Positions 8,964 through 18,231 of a stretch of 64,000 nt of DNA are shown piece after piece. The stretch is from positions 28,175 through 92,174 of the IMG/VR virus record IMGVR_UViG_2890906962_000004. One strand, 5' to 3'. The position numbers and the translations under genes are program-made. The DNA comes from a virus. Its lineage: Duplodnaviria > Caudoviricetes. Position 1 is the first letter of the stretch. Every line of letters begins with the position of its first letter. The notes beneath the pieces were generated by a model. It had not been told where the DNA came from, ran no database searches, and saw nothing but the letters and a program-made list of their open reading frames with translations.

Positions 8964-9008
8964 CGTCTCTGCCAAAAGTATTATCCGCGCCCTAAATAGG
9001 GCAAAAAA

Positions 9009-10718
9009 ATGAGTAACACTCAGCGCGCGCATGACCGCGCAAAAGATATTAAGAACCGCGCCTCTGCAGTAATGGCGATGACCATTGGTGCAGTTGATTC
9101 CTCCGCTTCTCCTGATCTGCAATTAGAGCAACTGCAAAGATCTGTAGTAAAAAACCCAATGTTTGAAGGCGTTGATGCGCGTTTTGGCGTAACCGTTACT
9201 GGTGCGTGGACCGAAGCGTTACACAACTACAAAGCATCCCACGGTAAATACCCGTCTGTAGAAGTCCTGGCTAACGCCCACAAATCCCTGCAAAACCTGA
9301 TGACCGAGAGCGTTAAAGAGTCCGGTTCAATCAAGGGTCCGAACGCTGCAATGTTTGAGTCTGCAGCTGCAGACATGCGCACCTCTGAGGGTGTGATGAA
9401 ACAAGCGATTTTCGCTGCAATGATCCTGCCGGCCGCTTTAGGCGCTGCCACCAGCGATGCGTGTACCTTTGTTCCGTGTGAGCGTGACATTGCCAAGATT
9501 TACGAACTGACCAACATCGCCGGTTCTAACTTTGGTACCTTCCGTGCCGGTGACGAACTGAATATGCACCGCACTGGCGCTTACTCTCAGATGCGCCGTA
9601 CTGAGCGCTTTGCTCAAGACAACCAACCAGACGGCACTAAGAAAGACTTCACGTTTTCTTTAGCAACGTTCCTGGGTACTGATGCGCCAATCATCAAAGG
9701 CCGCGCGAAGCTGTTAGTAAACCGCCGCGTTTCTAAGAAAGATGACTCTGACGGCAACCTGTATTTCAACGACACCGATTTCAACGGCGTTCAATACCAG
9801 GCAACCGGTAAAGTTGATTACGCGAAAGGCATTATCACTGTTTCTTTCAACACCGCACCAGCTGCCGGCACTGAATTAGCCGCACAAGTTGAGATTAACG
9901 TTGAAGGTAAAGCAGACCTTATCCCGGTTATCAACCAGACCATGCGCGAGTATGAGGTTAGCCCTTCACAGTACATCTTAGCGTCTGAGCACACTGTCCA
10001 GTCTGCGTCTGACTTACAACGTGAATTCGGTTTAAACCTGCAATCTCAGCAATTCCAAGCGATGACTCAATGGTTATCCCACGAAACTGACATGGCGCGT
10101 TTACGTACTCTCGTTTTCCATACCATCCCGAATTTCTCACGCGAATTTGACGTGGCACTGCCAGAAGGGCAGACCTACGAAAGTTGGGTAGGGATCATGA
10201 GCCATGCGGTTAACCGCCTGAGCACCGAAATGCTTAACCGTAACAAAGAGTCAGGCATCCGTGGTGGCTTTGCTGGTGGTGATGCAGCGAACTACTTACG
10301 TTCACTGCCTTCTAGCGTGTTCCAAAAGGACCCTAACTACGTCCAATCTCCATACGTCCAGTACATCGGTACGTTATTCAACACCATTCGTATCTACGAA
10401 GTGCCTAACCCTGCTTGTGAGTCCCTGCAAGCTGATGGCTTGGATTTCCAACCTTACGACATTTATTTCTACGGTCGCGGCGACAGCATCGGTAAAGCTG
10501 GCCTGATCGCAGGTGATGCCGTTCCTGCAATGCCGTTCGTTCATCCAACCGACAAAAACCTCGTTAACCGCACAACCATTTGGGGCTCTGCGCTTAACGA
10601 AATTCACCCACGCGGCGGTGAAAACTACTTCTCTCGTTTACGTCTGACCAACTCCAAAGTTGGTTCGTTCGACATGCTTACCGGCAAGCCAATCGAGGCA
10701 GTGGTCACGGGAAAGTGA
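9009..10718 (+). CDS. major capsid protein (P1 gp23-like)
   Basis: 569 aa, P1 gp23-like sequence (ATSDACTFVPC, GDAVPA..FVHPT), strongly biased codon usage, upstream of the sheath gene. Confidence 0.92.
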   Translation: MSNTQRAHDRAKDIKNRASAVMAMTIGAVDSSASPDLQLEQLQRSVVKNPMFEGVDARFGVTVTGAWTEALHNYKASHGKYPSVEVLANAHKSLQNLMTESVKESGSIKGPNAAMFESAAADMRTSEGVMKQAIFAAMILPAALGAATSDACTFVPCERDIAKIYELTNIAGSNFGTFRAGDELNMHRTGAYSQMRRTERFAQDNQPDGTKKDFTFSLATFLGTDAPIIKGRAKLLVNRRVSKKDDSDGNLYFNDTDFNGVQYQATGKVDYAKGIITVSFNTAPAAGTELAAQVEINVEGKADLIPVINQTMREYEVSPSQYILASEHTVQSASDLQREFGLNLQSQQFQAMTQWLSHETDMARLRTLVFHTIPNFSREFDVALPEGQTYESWVGIMSHAVNRLSTEMLNRNKESGIRGGFAGGDAANYLRSLPSSVFQKDPNYVQSPYVQYIGTLFNTIRIYEVPNPACESLQADGLDFQPYDIYFYGRGDSIGKAGLIAGDAVPAMPFVHPTDKNLVNRTTIWGSALNEIHPRGGENYFSRLRLTNSKVGSFDMLTGKPIEAVVTGK

Positions 10719-10747
10719 AGTCGGTAGACGCGCAACCGTCTACCGAT
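10695..10747 (+). other. programmed -1 ribosomal frameshift signal at the capsid gene 3' end
   Basis: SD-like GAGG 10695-10698; slippery G-GGA-AAG 10709-10715 immediately before TGA; perfect 10-bp hairpin TCGGTAGACG/CGTCTACCGA 10721-10746. Confidence 0.8.
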
Positions 10748-10933
10748 AACAGCGCTCAGGTCGCAGCAGCTCAGGCACAAGCCGAAGCTGACGCAGCCGC
10801 AGCAGCCCAGGCGAAAGCAGATGCGAAGGCTAAAGCTGACGCAAAAGCTAAGGCAGATGCGCAAGCTCAAGCCGATGCTGCAGCAGCTCAGGCTCAAGCC
10901 GATGCCGCAGCAAAAGAAACGGACGCTAAATAA
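10715..10933 (+). CDS. Ala/Gln/Lys/Asp-rich helical extension of the capsid protein (-1 frame)
   Basis: In the -1 frame of gp23; AQAKADAKAKADA repeats; no well-spaced RBS for its GTG. Confidence 0.7.
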   Translation: MKSVDAQPSTDNSAQVAAAQAQAEADAAAAAQAKADAKAKADAKAKADAQAQADAAAAQAQADAAAKETDAK

Positions 10934-10950
10934 CGTCAATCTCTACTAAT

Positions 10951-10973
10951 AAGCGCCCCTCGGGGCGCATTTT
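10951..10973 (+). terminator. hairpin/terminator after the capsid extension
   Basis: GCGCCC-CTCG-GGGCGC followed by ATTTT, located after the extension ORF rather than after the gp23 stop. Confidence 0.6.
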
Positions 10974-10984
10974 AGGAACAAGAA

Positions 10985-12574
10985 ATGAAAAAAATTAGTT
11001 TTGCGATGGGCTCAGCAGCCGGCATTGCAATTAATGAAGTTAACGCAACCGCAACCGGAAGTGTTGGCGCTGGTGGCGCAAGCGCCTTTGCAGGTTTAGT
11101 CCTGTCAACGCGTGGTGGCATTAACCGCGTTTTGAGCCTGACGGCTGATAACTTCACTAGCGTATTGGGTAAAGCACTGCATCCTCGTACTGGCGCGGCA
11201 TTTGAGCCATACCGCCATGTACAAACTGCCGTGTTAGGTGGCAACGGTAACGTTGTGCGCGTACCAGCACCAGGCATGATGATCCCTGCGGTCACGCTGC
11301 AGATGTTAGCCAGTGCAGACGGCAAGGGAACAACCTTTAAAGTGTCGAATACCGCGTTTGCTGCAGGTTCCACCCCTACAGTACCGGCTGGTTCATTCGG
11401 AATGATTTACGTTGATGACGGAGACGCTTCCGTTAACCGTAAAGTGCAGATCGTGCCAGACACGCAAAATACCGCGTTATACGACTTGAACCTAGTCGAA
11501 ACGGGCAGTGATGGCGTTGATGTGCTTGTAGAGTCATTACAGGTTTCGTTCGATCCAGAAGCGCGCAACGATATGGGACAAACCGCCTTTATCAGTGCTG
11601 CATTAGAGAATAACAACTCACGTTTACGTGCAGTTTTGAGCTCTGATGCTCTCGCACAATCTCTTAAAGCGACTGTAACCGCTGACTATACTCCATTCAT
11701 TGGTGGTACTGACGGTGATTTCACCAAGGTTACTTCTAACGACTACGCCAAAGCGTTAGCCGTCCTGAAAAAGTCACAGGCAAACTTTACCGCGATCCTT
11801 GCGCTAGGATGCTATGACGCACCAACGCTTATCGCGCTGAACCAATACGCTGCAGATTGCCGTGTCGATATGTTCTATGACGTGAAAGGCGCGCAAAACT
11901 CCACTGATGCAATCAAAGAAGCGAAAGGCCATAACTTAGGTGGGCAGCACACAGCCGCGCGTTACTACTTCCCATACAGCGCAATGGATAGCTACAGCAG
12001 CACTAACGTTGTTTACGGTATCAGCTGTGATGCGTTCGTAGCGAAAGCGAAAGGCGTTGCCCTGGTCAATGATGTTGGCGGCTGGCACTACTCTCCTGCA
12101 GGTACCTCGCGTGGCGTTCTGAACCGCTCAGGCATTTCTGTATTGCCTAACTTGGACGATCCAGACATGGAAGCGATGTATGCCGCGCGTATTAACTGCG
12201 TGTCAGTCACCCGTGCCGGCGATGTTTACATTGACGACTCTCTGACGACCTACGGTAAAGAAAACTATCTGCGCTTCCAGCACATTAGCTCGCTGTTAAA
12301 CGCTATCGCGCGTGATTTCTACGCCATCGCCGCTGACTTGAAGCACGAGCCAGACGGTATCACCCAAGACGGCCTGACCTCTGCAATGACTAACCTCCTT
12401 GAGCGTTATTACGCGGCCAACGCCTTAGTTACGCCACGCGATGCAAGCCAAGGTAAAGAGCCATTCATCGTGAATGTTCAGCAACTCGACATTGATAAGT
12501 GGCAAGTCACCTGGTCCGTCTGTCCGACCGGTACCAGCCGCCGCATTGTCGGTACTCCTGTTTTACTGCGCTAA
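10985..12574 (+). CDS. tail sheath protein (P1 gp22-like)
   Basis: 529 aa; HYSPAG..RG, RIN, and YLRFQHISSL sheath motifs. Confidence 0.92.
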   Translation: MKKISFAMGSAAGIAINEVNATATGSVGAGGASAFAGLVLSTRGGINRVLSLTADNFTSVLGKALHPRTGAAFEPYRHVQTAVLGGNGNVVRVPAPGMMIPAVTLQMLASADGKGTTFKVSNTAFAAGSTPTVPAGSFGMIYVDDGDASVNRKVQIVPDTQNTALYDLNLVETGSDGVDVLVESLQVSFDPEARNDMGQTAFISAALENNNSRLRAVLSSDALAQSLKATVTADYTPFIGGTDGDFTKVTSNDYAKALAVLKKSQANFTAILALGCYDAPTLIALNQYAADCRVDMFYDVKGAQNSTDAIKEAKGHNLGGQHTAARYYFPYSAMDSYSSTNVVYGISCDAFVAKAKGVALVNDVGGWHYSPAGTSRGVLNRSGISVLPNLDDPDMEAMYAARINCVSVTRAGDVYIDDSLTTYGKENYLRFQHISSLLNAIARDFYAIAADLKHEPDGITQDGLTSAMTNLLERYYAANALVTPRDASQGKEPFIVNVQQLDIDKWQVTWSVCPTGTSRRIVGTPVLLR

Positions 12575-12586
12575 GAGGGCGATTAA

Positions 12587-13339
12587 ATGAGTAAGCAAAC
12601 TATCGGCCTTATGGGCCTATCTATGGCGGCGTTCGGTAGCACCACGGCTCAGGCAATGCTTGAGTCTGCCGGCACTAAAAAAGGCGAACCTGAGAAGAAG
12701 GAGCCGAAAAAAGACGAGCCAGAAAAAACCGAGAAGGACGAGAAGGGCGCGAAGAAAAAGAAAGCGATCTTTGAAGCCGTTGAAGCGCGCGCCGCGCAAG
12801 ATTCTCGCGCCCTGGCCGCGTCCCTGGTTACTGGTTGGGCGACTGATGGCTCCCCGGATGCAGACGACTTTGACGCCTTAGCTATCAACATGGCTGGCTT
12901 AGGTGACATTGACGAAAACACCGACCTGACTGATGACCAGGTAGATGCCTACAACGATGCGCTAAGCGCACTGGCTAGTGCTGCCGTATCACTTGGCGCT
13001 GATCAAGACGATGTAACGAGCATGATCAATGACGAGGACGATGACGCTGCAGAGCGCGTTTATGACGCAATCAACGCCAACGTTTCGCCTGACGACTCTG
13101 ACGATGCCGTTGCCGAGTATTCCGTAGCTGATGGTGCAGACGATGACGCAATGTTTGAGTCCACTATCAAGGTTGTCCGTAACGGTGTCGTAACGCTGAT
13201 CAAAAAGCGCCTACGCCCACGCCGCATGACCTCGCTACAGAAAGCGGCATTGCGCAAAGCCCAAAGCAAAGCGCATAGCTCAAGCGGAAAAATGGCGTTT
13301 CGCCGTTCCATGAAGCTGCGCGCTAAACGCGGCTTGTAA
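12587..13339 (+). CDS. P1 gp21-like protein; probable prohead core/scaffold component
   Basis: Synteny; acidic body and very basic C-terminus ending KRGL; three (M/I)-(F/L)-E-(S/A) motifs. Confidence 0.65.
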   Translation: MSKQTIGLMGLSMAAFGSTTAQAMLESAGTKKGEPEKKEPKKDEPEKTEKDEKGAKKKKAIFEAVEARAAQDSRALAASLVTGWATDGSPDADDFDALAINMAGLGDIDENTDLTDDQVDAYNDALSALASAAVSLGADQDDVTSMINDEDDDAAERVYDAINANVSPDDSDDAVAEYSVADGADDDAMFESTIKVVRNGVVTLIKKRLRPRRMTSLQKAALRKAQSKAHSSSGKMAFRRSMKLRAKRGL

Positions 13340-13382
13340 CTGGACATTCCACCAGCTGCGGCTGGTGGATTAAGGGAACGTT

Positions 13383-13973
13383 ATGTTTTGTGGCGCAATT
13401 ATGCCGGATGGGATTAGCCCCTATCTAAAAGTCTACTTCACGTCTGATACAGACATGGTTGTGGGCTATTTAGGGCAGGGGTCCAGTGCCAACATTTCCG
13501 CGCAATGGGAATCGCCATTTGAAAACGCGAGCGTAGGCGGTGTCACCGGCGCAATTACCCGATACGGCCAACAAGCCGCAGGTGGTGCGCAAGTCTTCAC
13601 GGGCTACACCTCTAAATCGTCTTTTGAGTCTCGTCTTGTGTGGGGTGGTCAGATGCCGCCTGAATTCACGATTGTTGTTGATCTCATGGCAACGATTAAC
13701 GCGCAAGTAGAAGTCAACGCGGCGATAACCACGCTCCTGCAGATGGCGTCACCTCAACTCAACAACCTAACACCTATGGGACGCCCACCAGCAACCGTAA
13801 CGCTCGATATAGGGCGGCGATTAAAGCTGATGGACGTAGTGATCAAAGACGTCAGTTATGAGCTCGATGCACCGCGTACCGCTGATGGGTTTTACACCCA
13901 CAACAAGGTGACGCTGCAGTGCTCAGGTGACGGGATGATCAACAAATCTGATATTCCATCAATGTTTATTTAG
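13383..13973 (+). CDS. pmgG: PmgG-like baseplate/tube initiator protein
   Basis: Synteny and size; WESPFEN motif. Confidence 0.65.
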   Translation: MFCGAIMPDGISPYLKVYFTSDTDMVVGYLGQGSSANISAQWESPFENASVGGVTGAITRYGQQAAGGAQVFTGYTSKSSFESRLVWGGQMPPEFTIVVDLMATINAQVEVNAAITTLLQMASPQLNNLTPMGRPPATVTLDIGRRLKLMDVVIKDVSYELDAPRTADGFYTHNKVTLQCSGDGMINKSDIPSMFI

Positions 13974-13984
13974 GAACAAATATT

Positions 13985-14476
13985 ATGACCGGTTTCGCTA
14001 ACTCAAAGCCTAACATGAGCTTTTTAAAACAACGCCTTAACCAAAACATCGCAGCCGGTGAGAAACTTATCTCTGCCGAATACTGGATGACCATCAAGGG
14101 ATATGAAAATATCTCGGTACTGATCCGCTCAACTCAGTTACCGGAAATGACGCGTGAAGACGTTGAAGACGTTGGACCAGGCGGATTGAAGTTCAACCAA
14201 CACGGCGTTATGCGTAACTCAGGTGAATTCCAAGTTAGCTGTGTTGAGACTATCGAAGGGGATGTATTCAAAGCCGTCCGTGAGTGGGTGCGTGAGAAGA
14301 AGTACCTGGATATTACTATCTCTGCAGCGTCCGAGTCTAAAGGTGGCGAAAGCGGCGGTATCACTCGTTCATTCACCCACTGTAAAATTTACTGTGATGC
14401 GGTAGATTTCTCGTCTGAGGACGTCACTACTGCAGTACGTCCAAGCCTACGTATTGTCTACAGCTGGGCTGAGTAA
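13985..14476 (+). CDS. bplB: tail tube protein (P1 BplB-like)
   Basis: T4 gp19-like STQLPEMT..VEDVGPGG pattern; synteny. Confidence 0.75.
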   Translation: MTGFANSKPNMSFLKQRLNQNIAAGEKLISAEYWMTIKGYENISVLIRSTQLPEMTREDVEDVGPGGLKFNQHGVMRNSGEFQVSCVETIEGDVFKAVREWVREKKYLDITISAASESKGGESGGITRSFTHCKIYCDAVDFSSEDVTTAVRPSLRIVYSWAE

Positions 14477-14478
14477 TT

Positions 14479-15033
14479 ATGACGCCGGCACAGTTACTTG
14501 AAGGTGTAAAAAACCGCTTCAAACCGCTGCTAGTGAGAGAGCCTGATACACAACAGGCACTCTTGCGTAAGGCGCTTGCGGCCTATCAAGACCGCGCTGG
14601 CGTTATGAAGGTAGTTAAGCTTGGCAAGGAGGACGTAACAGACGTTTCCTTGCCAGGTGACTTCTTAGCGCTTATCCATGTTGCAGATTCTAACGGTGGG
14701 CTTGTCTATGCCGATCCGATTGGCAAAACGGTAGAAATTGATCTGATGGGGCGCGAGCGGTTTCCGTTACGGATGTACTATTTTGCGAATCTCCGTGATT
14801 CTGACCACGATAGCTACGAGTTACCGGCTGATGCCGTTGGCATGATTGAGGACTATCTTGAAGCGTTGATAGCGGTTCAGAATACCGATCGGCAACGCCG
14901 TGTTGAAATTAGCGGTAAGTTTGATGCAAGCAACCTTCCTGATGAATCCACACTCCACCAGCGCGTTATTGACCTAGAGGATAAGATGGCCGCGAACCGG
15001 GCAATTATCCCAGGCGCAACATTAGTGCCATAA
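14479..15033 (+). CDS. pmgF: PmgF-like morphogenesis protein
   Basis: Synteny; LLRKALAAYQDRAG motif. Confidence 0.65.
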   Translation: MTPAQLLEGVKNRFKPLLVREPDTQQALLRKALAAYQDRAGVMKVVKLGKEDVTDVSLPGDFLALIHVADSNGGLVYADPIGKTVEIDLMGRERFPLRMYYFANLRDSDHDSYELPADAVGMIEDYLEALIAVQNTDRQRRVEISGKFDASNLPDESTLHQRVIDLEDKMAANRAIIPGATLVP

Positions 15034-15042
15034 GGGGGTAGG

Positions 15043-15786
15043 GTGGGCTTTTTCTCAGGCTTTGTTAGTACCTTTGGCAATACCGTTAAAAACGACGTGC
15101 AAAGCACGATCCGCACGGCGGCTCAAGATGCCGTATCGCGCGTGTCCTCGCGTATGTACTCAGACTTTAGCGGCGCTGTCTTCAAAGGCTTAAACACCGA
15201 GCTAACCAACGCTAAATCCATCGTAGCGCAAGCCATGCGCATACGCTACGCACAAGGCTGGCAGTGGAATATTGAGATCGAGGGCTTTGCCGGGTTGGAT
15301 ATGTACGTTAAGGACATAACCTATGGCTTTGGCAACATCGAGACAGAAAACACGCTGATTGGTAGCGTTGAGTTCAACAAGCCGACTCATGCAACGGCCG
15401 GTACCTTAACCGTTACAGTTCGAGACAACGAAAAGAGGGAAGTGCGCAACTGGTTCTTAGAACGCAAGCGGCGTGTAACCAACTCTGACGGGACCTTGAA
15501 TCTGCCTAAGCAATACCTGATGAAAGCGCGTATTTACAGTGTTGACCAGGAAGGGAAGCAAACGCTACTCGAAACGGTTGATGTATTCCCTACGCAATTT
15601 GGTGAGGTGTCGTTTGCTCGTGACCAGATAACCGAGTTTAGTTATTACCCGTTGACCTTTGTTCGCTATTCGTCTGCAGAGAGCAATCTGTTAGGCATGG
15701 CAAGCAACCTGGCGAAAGGTGAGATCACTGGTGCGGTCAATAGTGCGGTAAGTGGCGGTATAGGCAAGCTAAGCAGCATGTTTTAG
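15043..15786 (+). CDS. tube-like baseplate protein (P1 Tub-like)
   Basis: AQGWQWNIEIEG..KDITY and TVRD tube-fold pattern. Confidence 0.65.
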   Translation: MGFFSGFVSTFGNTVKNDVQSTIRTAAQDAVSRVSSRMYSDFSGAVFKGLNTELTNAKSIVAQAMRIRYAQGWQWNIEIEGFAGLDMYVKDITYGFGNIETENTLIGSVEFNKPTHATAGTLTVTVRDNEKREVRNWFLERKRRVTNSDGTLNLPKQYLMKARIYSVDQEGKQTLLETVDVFPTQFGEVSFARDQITEFSYYPLTFVRYSSAESNLLGMASNLAKGEITGAVNSAVSGGIGKLSSMF

Positions 15787-15803
15787 CCAGTGGCTACTTC
15801 CAT

Positions 15804-15837
15804 AAAACGCGTTGGGTTTTGGCTCAGCGCGTTTTTT
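15804..15837 (+). terminator. terminator between the tail genes and repA
   Basis: AAACGCGTTGGG-TTTTGG-CTCAGCGCGTTTTTT. Confidence 0.7.
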
Positions 15838-15936
15838 CCTAGAAAGGATAAGGCAGGGTTGAGTTTCGCTTTTTACGATGATGTGTTTATAAAGCGAGAA
15901 ATTTGAATAAAATAATATCCGCAAAGTACGATATAT

Positions 15937-16872
15937 CTAGGCCCCACGGAATCCAGCCGGGATTTCATCATCAACAGGACTAACCTCTGTAGGGTCTTTC
16001 TTCCGTTTTCTTGGGGCCTTCTTTTGCGAAGGTGTATCTTGTTCAAGCACAGCTTCGTTTCGTTTGTTGAACGTCACAATATCCGACTTAACATCGAATA
16101 AAACCATATAGTCAGGAAGATTATTATTTAATGCTAGTGATTTAATTTGCGCACGGAATTTAGACATTGGTATTAAGCTACCAACCCTGAGTTGTAGCTT
16201 ATCCAATGTGATACTAAATGATTGATTATTACCGCAAAATTTTCTTGCTATCTCGTACACTCTACGATCAACAGCTTTCCTTATCTGGAAGTATTCTTTT
16301 CCAATTTTAAGGACTTTTTTATGGCTCACTATTGAGCTATAGAGCCAGTCAGGGAGGGTGATTTCAATCATAGTAGCATCAGATTTATCAGGGTGATTAA
16401 CAATCCGGTACCGTTCTATCAAGTTAAACCCTTCTTCATCTACCGCGCCGTCAGTACGGACGATATTGGTCTTTATTGAGGTACCCAAAAGCCTTTCCAG
16501 TGACTTATCTAAATCCTTATAGGACTTACCGCCAATGCTCCTATTCGTATTTTTTAAGTAATCATAAGCGGTGAATGCAATCACTCTTGAGCACTCAACA
16601 TCTTCGTTAACAGCCTTTTGTAGCTTGGAAAGTGCATAAATCCATATATCTTTATCGAAAACGGTAGCCATTCCGATCCCGACAGCTGGCCGTACGGTCA
16701 TAGTGACGTCCTTATTTTCGTACACTCTGACCTTTGTATCTCCACTTTGTAGGGCGAAAAAAGGGTGTTCCATACTCGATAATTCGTCCCTAAATGAATG
16801 AATATCAATAGAGTCTGCAATTAGTACGCTTACATCTTTGTCTGTGGTGGCGCTTTTAGAATTCTTTGTCAT
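15937..16872 (-). CDS. repA: plasmid replication initiator (RepA/RPA family)
   Basis: MEHPFFAL, GMATVFDKDIWIY, LERLLGTSIKTN and RRVYEIARKFCG motifs; iterons upstream. Confidence 0.9.
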   Translation of the reverse strand: MTKNSKSATTDKDVSVLIADSIDIHSFRDELSSMEHPFFALQSGDTKVRVYENKDVTMTVRPAVGIGMATVFDKDIWIYALSKLQKAVNEDVECSRVIAFTAYDYLKNTNRSIGGKSYKDLDKSLERLLGTSIKTNIVRTDGAVDEEGFNLIERYRIVNHPDKSDATMIEITLPDWLYSSIVSHKKVLKIGKEYFQIRKAVDRRVYEIARKFCGNNQSFSITLDKLQLRVGSLIPMSKFRAQIKSLALNNNLPDYMVLFDVKSDIVTFNKRNEAVLEQDTPSQKKAPRKRKKDPTEVSPVDDEIPAGFRGA

Positions 16873-16897
16873 CTGATTCCCAACCTAATCTCGTCCA

Positions 16898-17176
16898 TTC
16901 GTACATCGCGGATATTCATTCGTACATCGCGGATATTCGATCGTACATCGCGGATACTAAATATTTATTGTACTTCGCGGATAGTAGATTGTCTTTTAAC
17001 CGTATGCAATGAATTTAGTGTACTTCGTGGAAAATTATGTACAAAAAATAGATTCGTACATCGCGGATAAACATTCGTACATCGCGGATGAATCGTTCGT
17101 ACATCGCGGATAGAATATTCGTACATTGCGGATAAACTATCGTACATCGCGGATAATCCATCGTACATCGCGGATA
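16898..17176. repeat. iteron array (plasmid origin and repA autoregulation)
   Basis: About 9 near-perfect TCGTACATCGCGGATA copies at roughly 21-22 bp spacing (3 + 6) plus two degenerate copies. Confidence 0.93.
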
Positions 17177-17186
17177 GGGGGTGTTT

Positions 17187-17325
17187 TTTTTACTATTTAA
17201 ATCATGAGGTTAGGAGCCATTTTTTTTACGTAACTGTTTAACTGTTTAACTAGATCTTTATAACTGTTATTTAACTGTTTAACTAAAGATCATATATGGT
17301 CAGTTTAAACGATCCACTGGATAAG
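17187..17325. other. AT-rich origin unwinding region
   Basis: Repeated TAACTGTTT units and GATC sites next to the iterons. Confidence 0.7.
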
Positions 17326-17351
17326 TATTCGCTGCCAGAAAAATACCAGCC

Positions 17352-17374
17352 TCAAATAACGAACCCCTTTTAAT
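17352..17374 (+). promoter_or_regulatory. putative late promoter (pmgB-sit-baseplate operon)
   Basis: TCAAATAACGAACC-N3-TTTAAT. Confidence 0.6.
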
Positions 17375-17403
17375 AGCCTCAAATTGACATAACGAGGCTA
17401 ATT

Positions 17404-18231
17404 ATGAACCTTCCATCATTTCCCCTACCTTCACAGCCTTTTGCGGAGGTTATCTTTCGCTCGCCTACCGTGCGCGATTCTATGGAATACATCGACATTC
17501 AGCCGTTTGATACGGAGAAAGTCACCACTAAATATCTCAATGCCTTGCAAGTCGGTGAGATCAACGATAGCGGCTTATGGACCCAACAAGACCGCCGCAC
17601 CGCCTTGTGGTGGATTTTCGTTAACTCTCGTGACAGCGCTTATCTGACGTACCAATACGAGTGTGGCCACTGTAAAGACTTCCACTTTGCAGACGTAGAT
17701 ATGAGTGATTTAAGCCAGGGTTATTCAGTCCTAGAAGTGCCACCAGCGATCGAGTGTGAAATCCCCGTAGAAGGCAATCCGGTTAAGTGGCAGCTAGTGC
17801 CTCTCGATGGCCGATCAGCTGAAATGCTTGAATACATGAAATACCAGTTACCACAAGCCGGCAGCGAAGGCTATGAAGCCGCACTGACCGAACTACGCAT
17901 AGCCGAACTGGCACTAATGACCCGAACGAAAGATGACCCGGAAGACTACAAAGCCGCAGCCGATCACCGTATGGACATGATTAAACGCATGGACCTTAAC
18001 AGCGAGTTTTCGCCGCTGGTGGCGCGTATTCAGCTAATGACGCGTGATTTAAAGCATGGCTTGGATATGGACGTAGAGAAAACCGGTGTATTTCTCAACC
18101 TACCACAACAATCCTGCAAGAAAACCAAAAAGGGGGAGCCGCAGCTATTCACAGCACTGCGCGCCCCATTTCGCAATACAGAATTTATCTCACGGATTAG
18201 ATCGGAATGGATGGATAACCATCATCAATAA
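17404..18231 (+). CDS. pmgB: PmgB-like tail/baseplate assembly chaperone
   Basis: Precedes the tape measure gene; CGHC motif (T4 gp26-like arrangement). Confidence 0.7.
   Translation: MNLPSFPLPSQPFAEVIFRSPTVRDSMEYIDIQPFDTEKVTTKYLNALQVGEINDSGLWTQQDRRTALWWIFVNSRDSAYLTYQYECGHCKDFHFADVDMSDLSQGYSVLEVPPAIECEIPVEGNPVKWQLVPLDGRSAEMLEYMKYQLPQAGSEGYEAALTELRIAELALMTRTKDDPEDYKAAADHRMDMIKRMDLNSEFSPLVARIQLMTRDLKHGLDMDVEKTGVFLNLPQQSCKKTKKGEPQLFTALRAPFRNTEFISRIRSEWMDNHHQ

Noticed and set aside
16965-17168. 67-aa ORF
   Set aside because: Translation of the iteron repeats
16898-17176. Possible CRISPR array
   Set aside because: 16-bp repeats with only about 5-bp spacers next to repA; these are iterons and no cas genes are present
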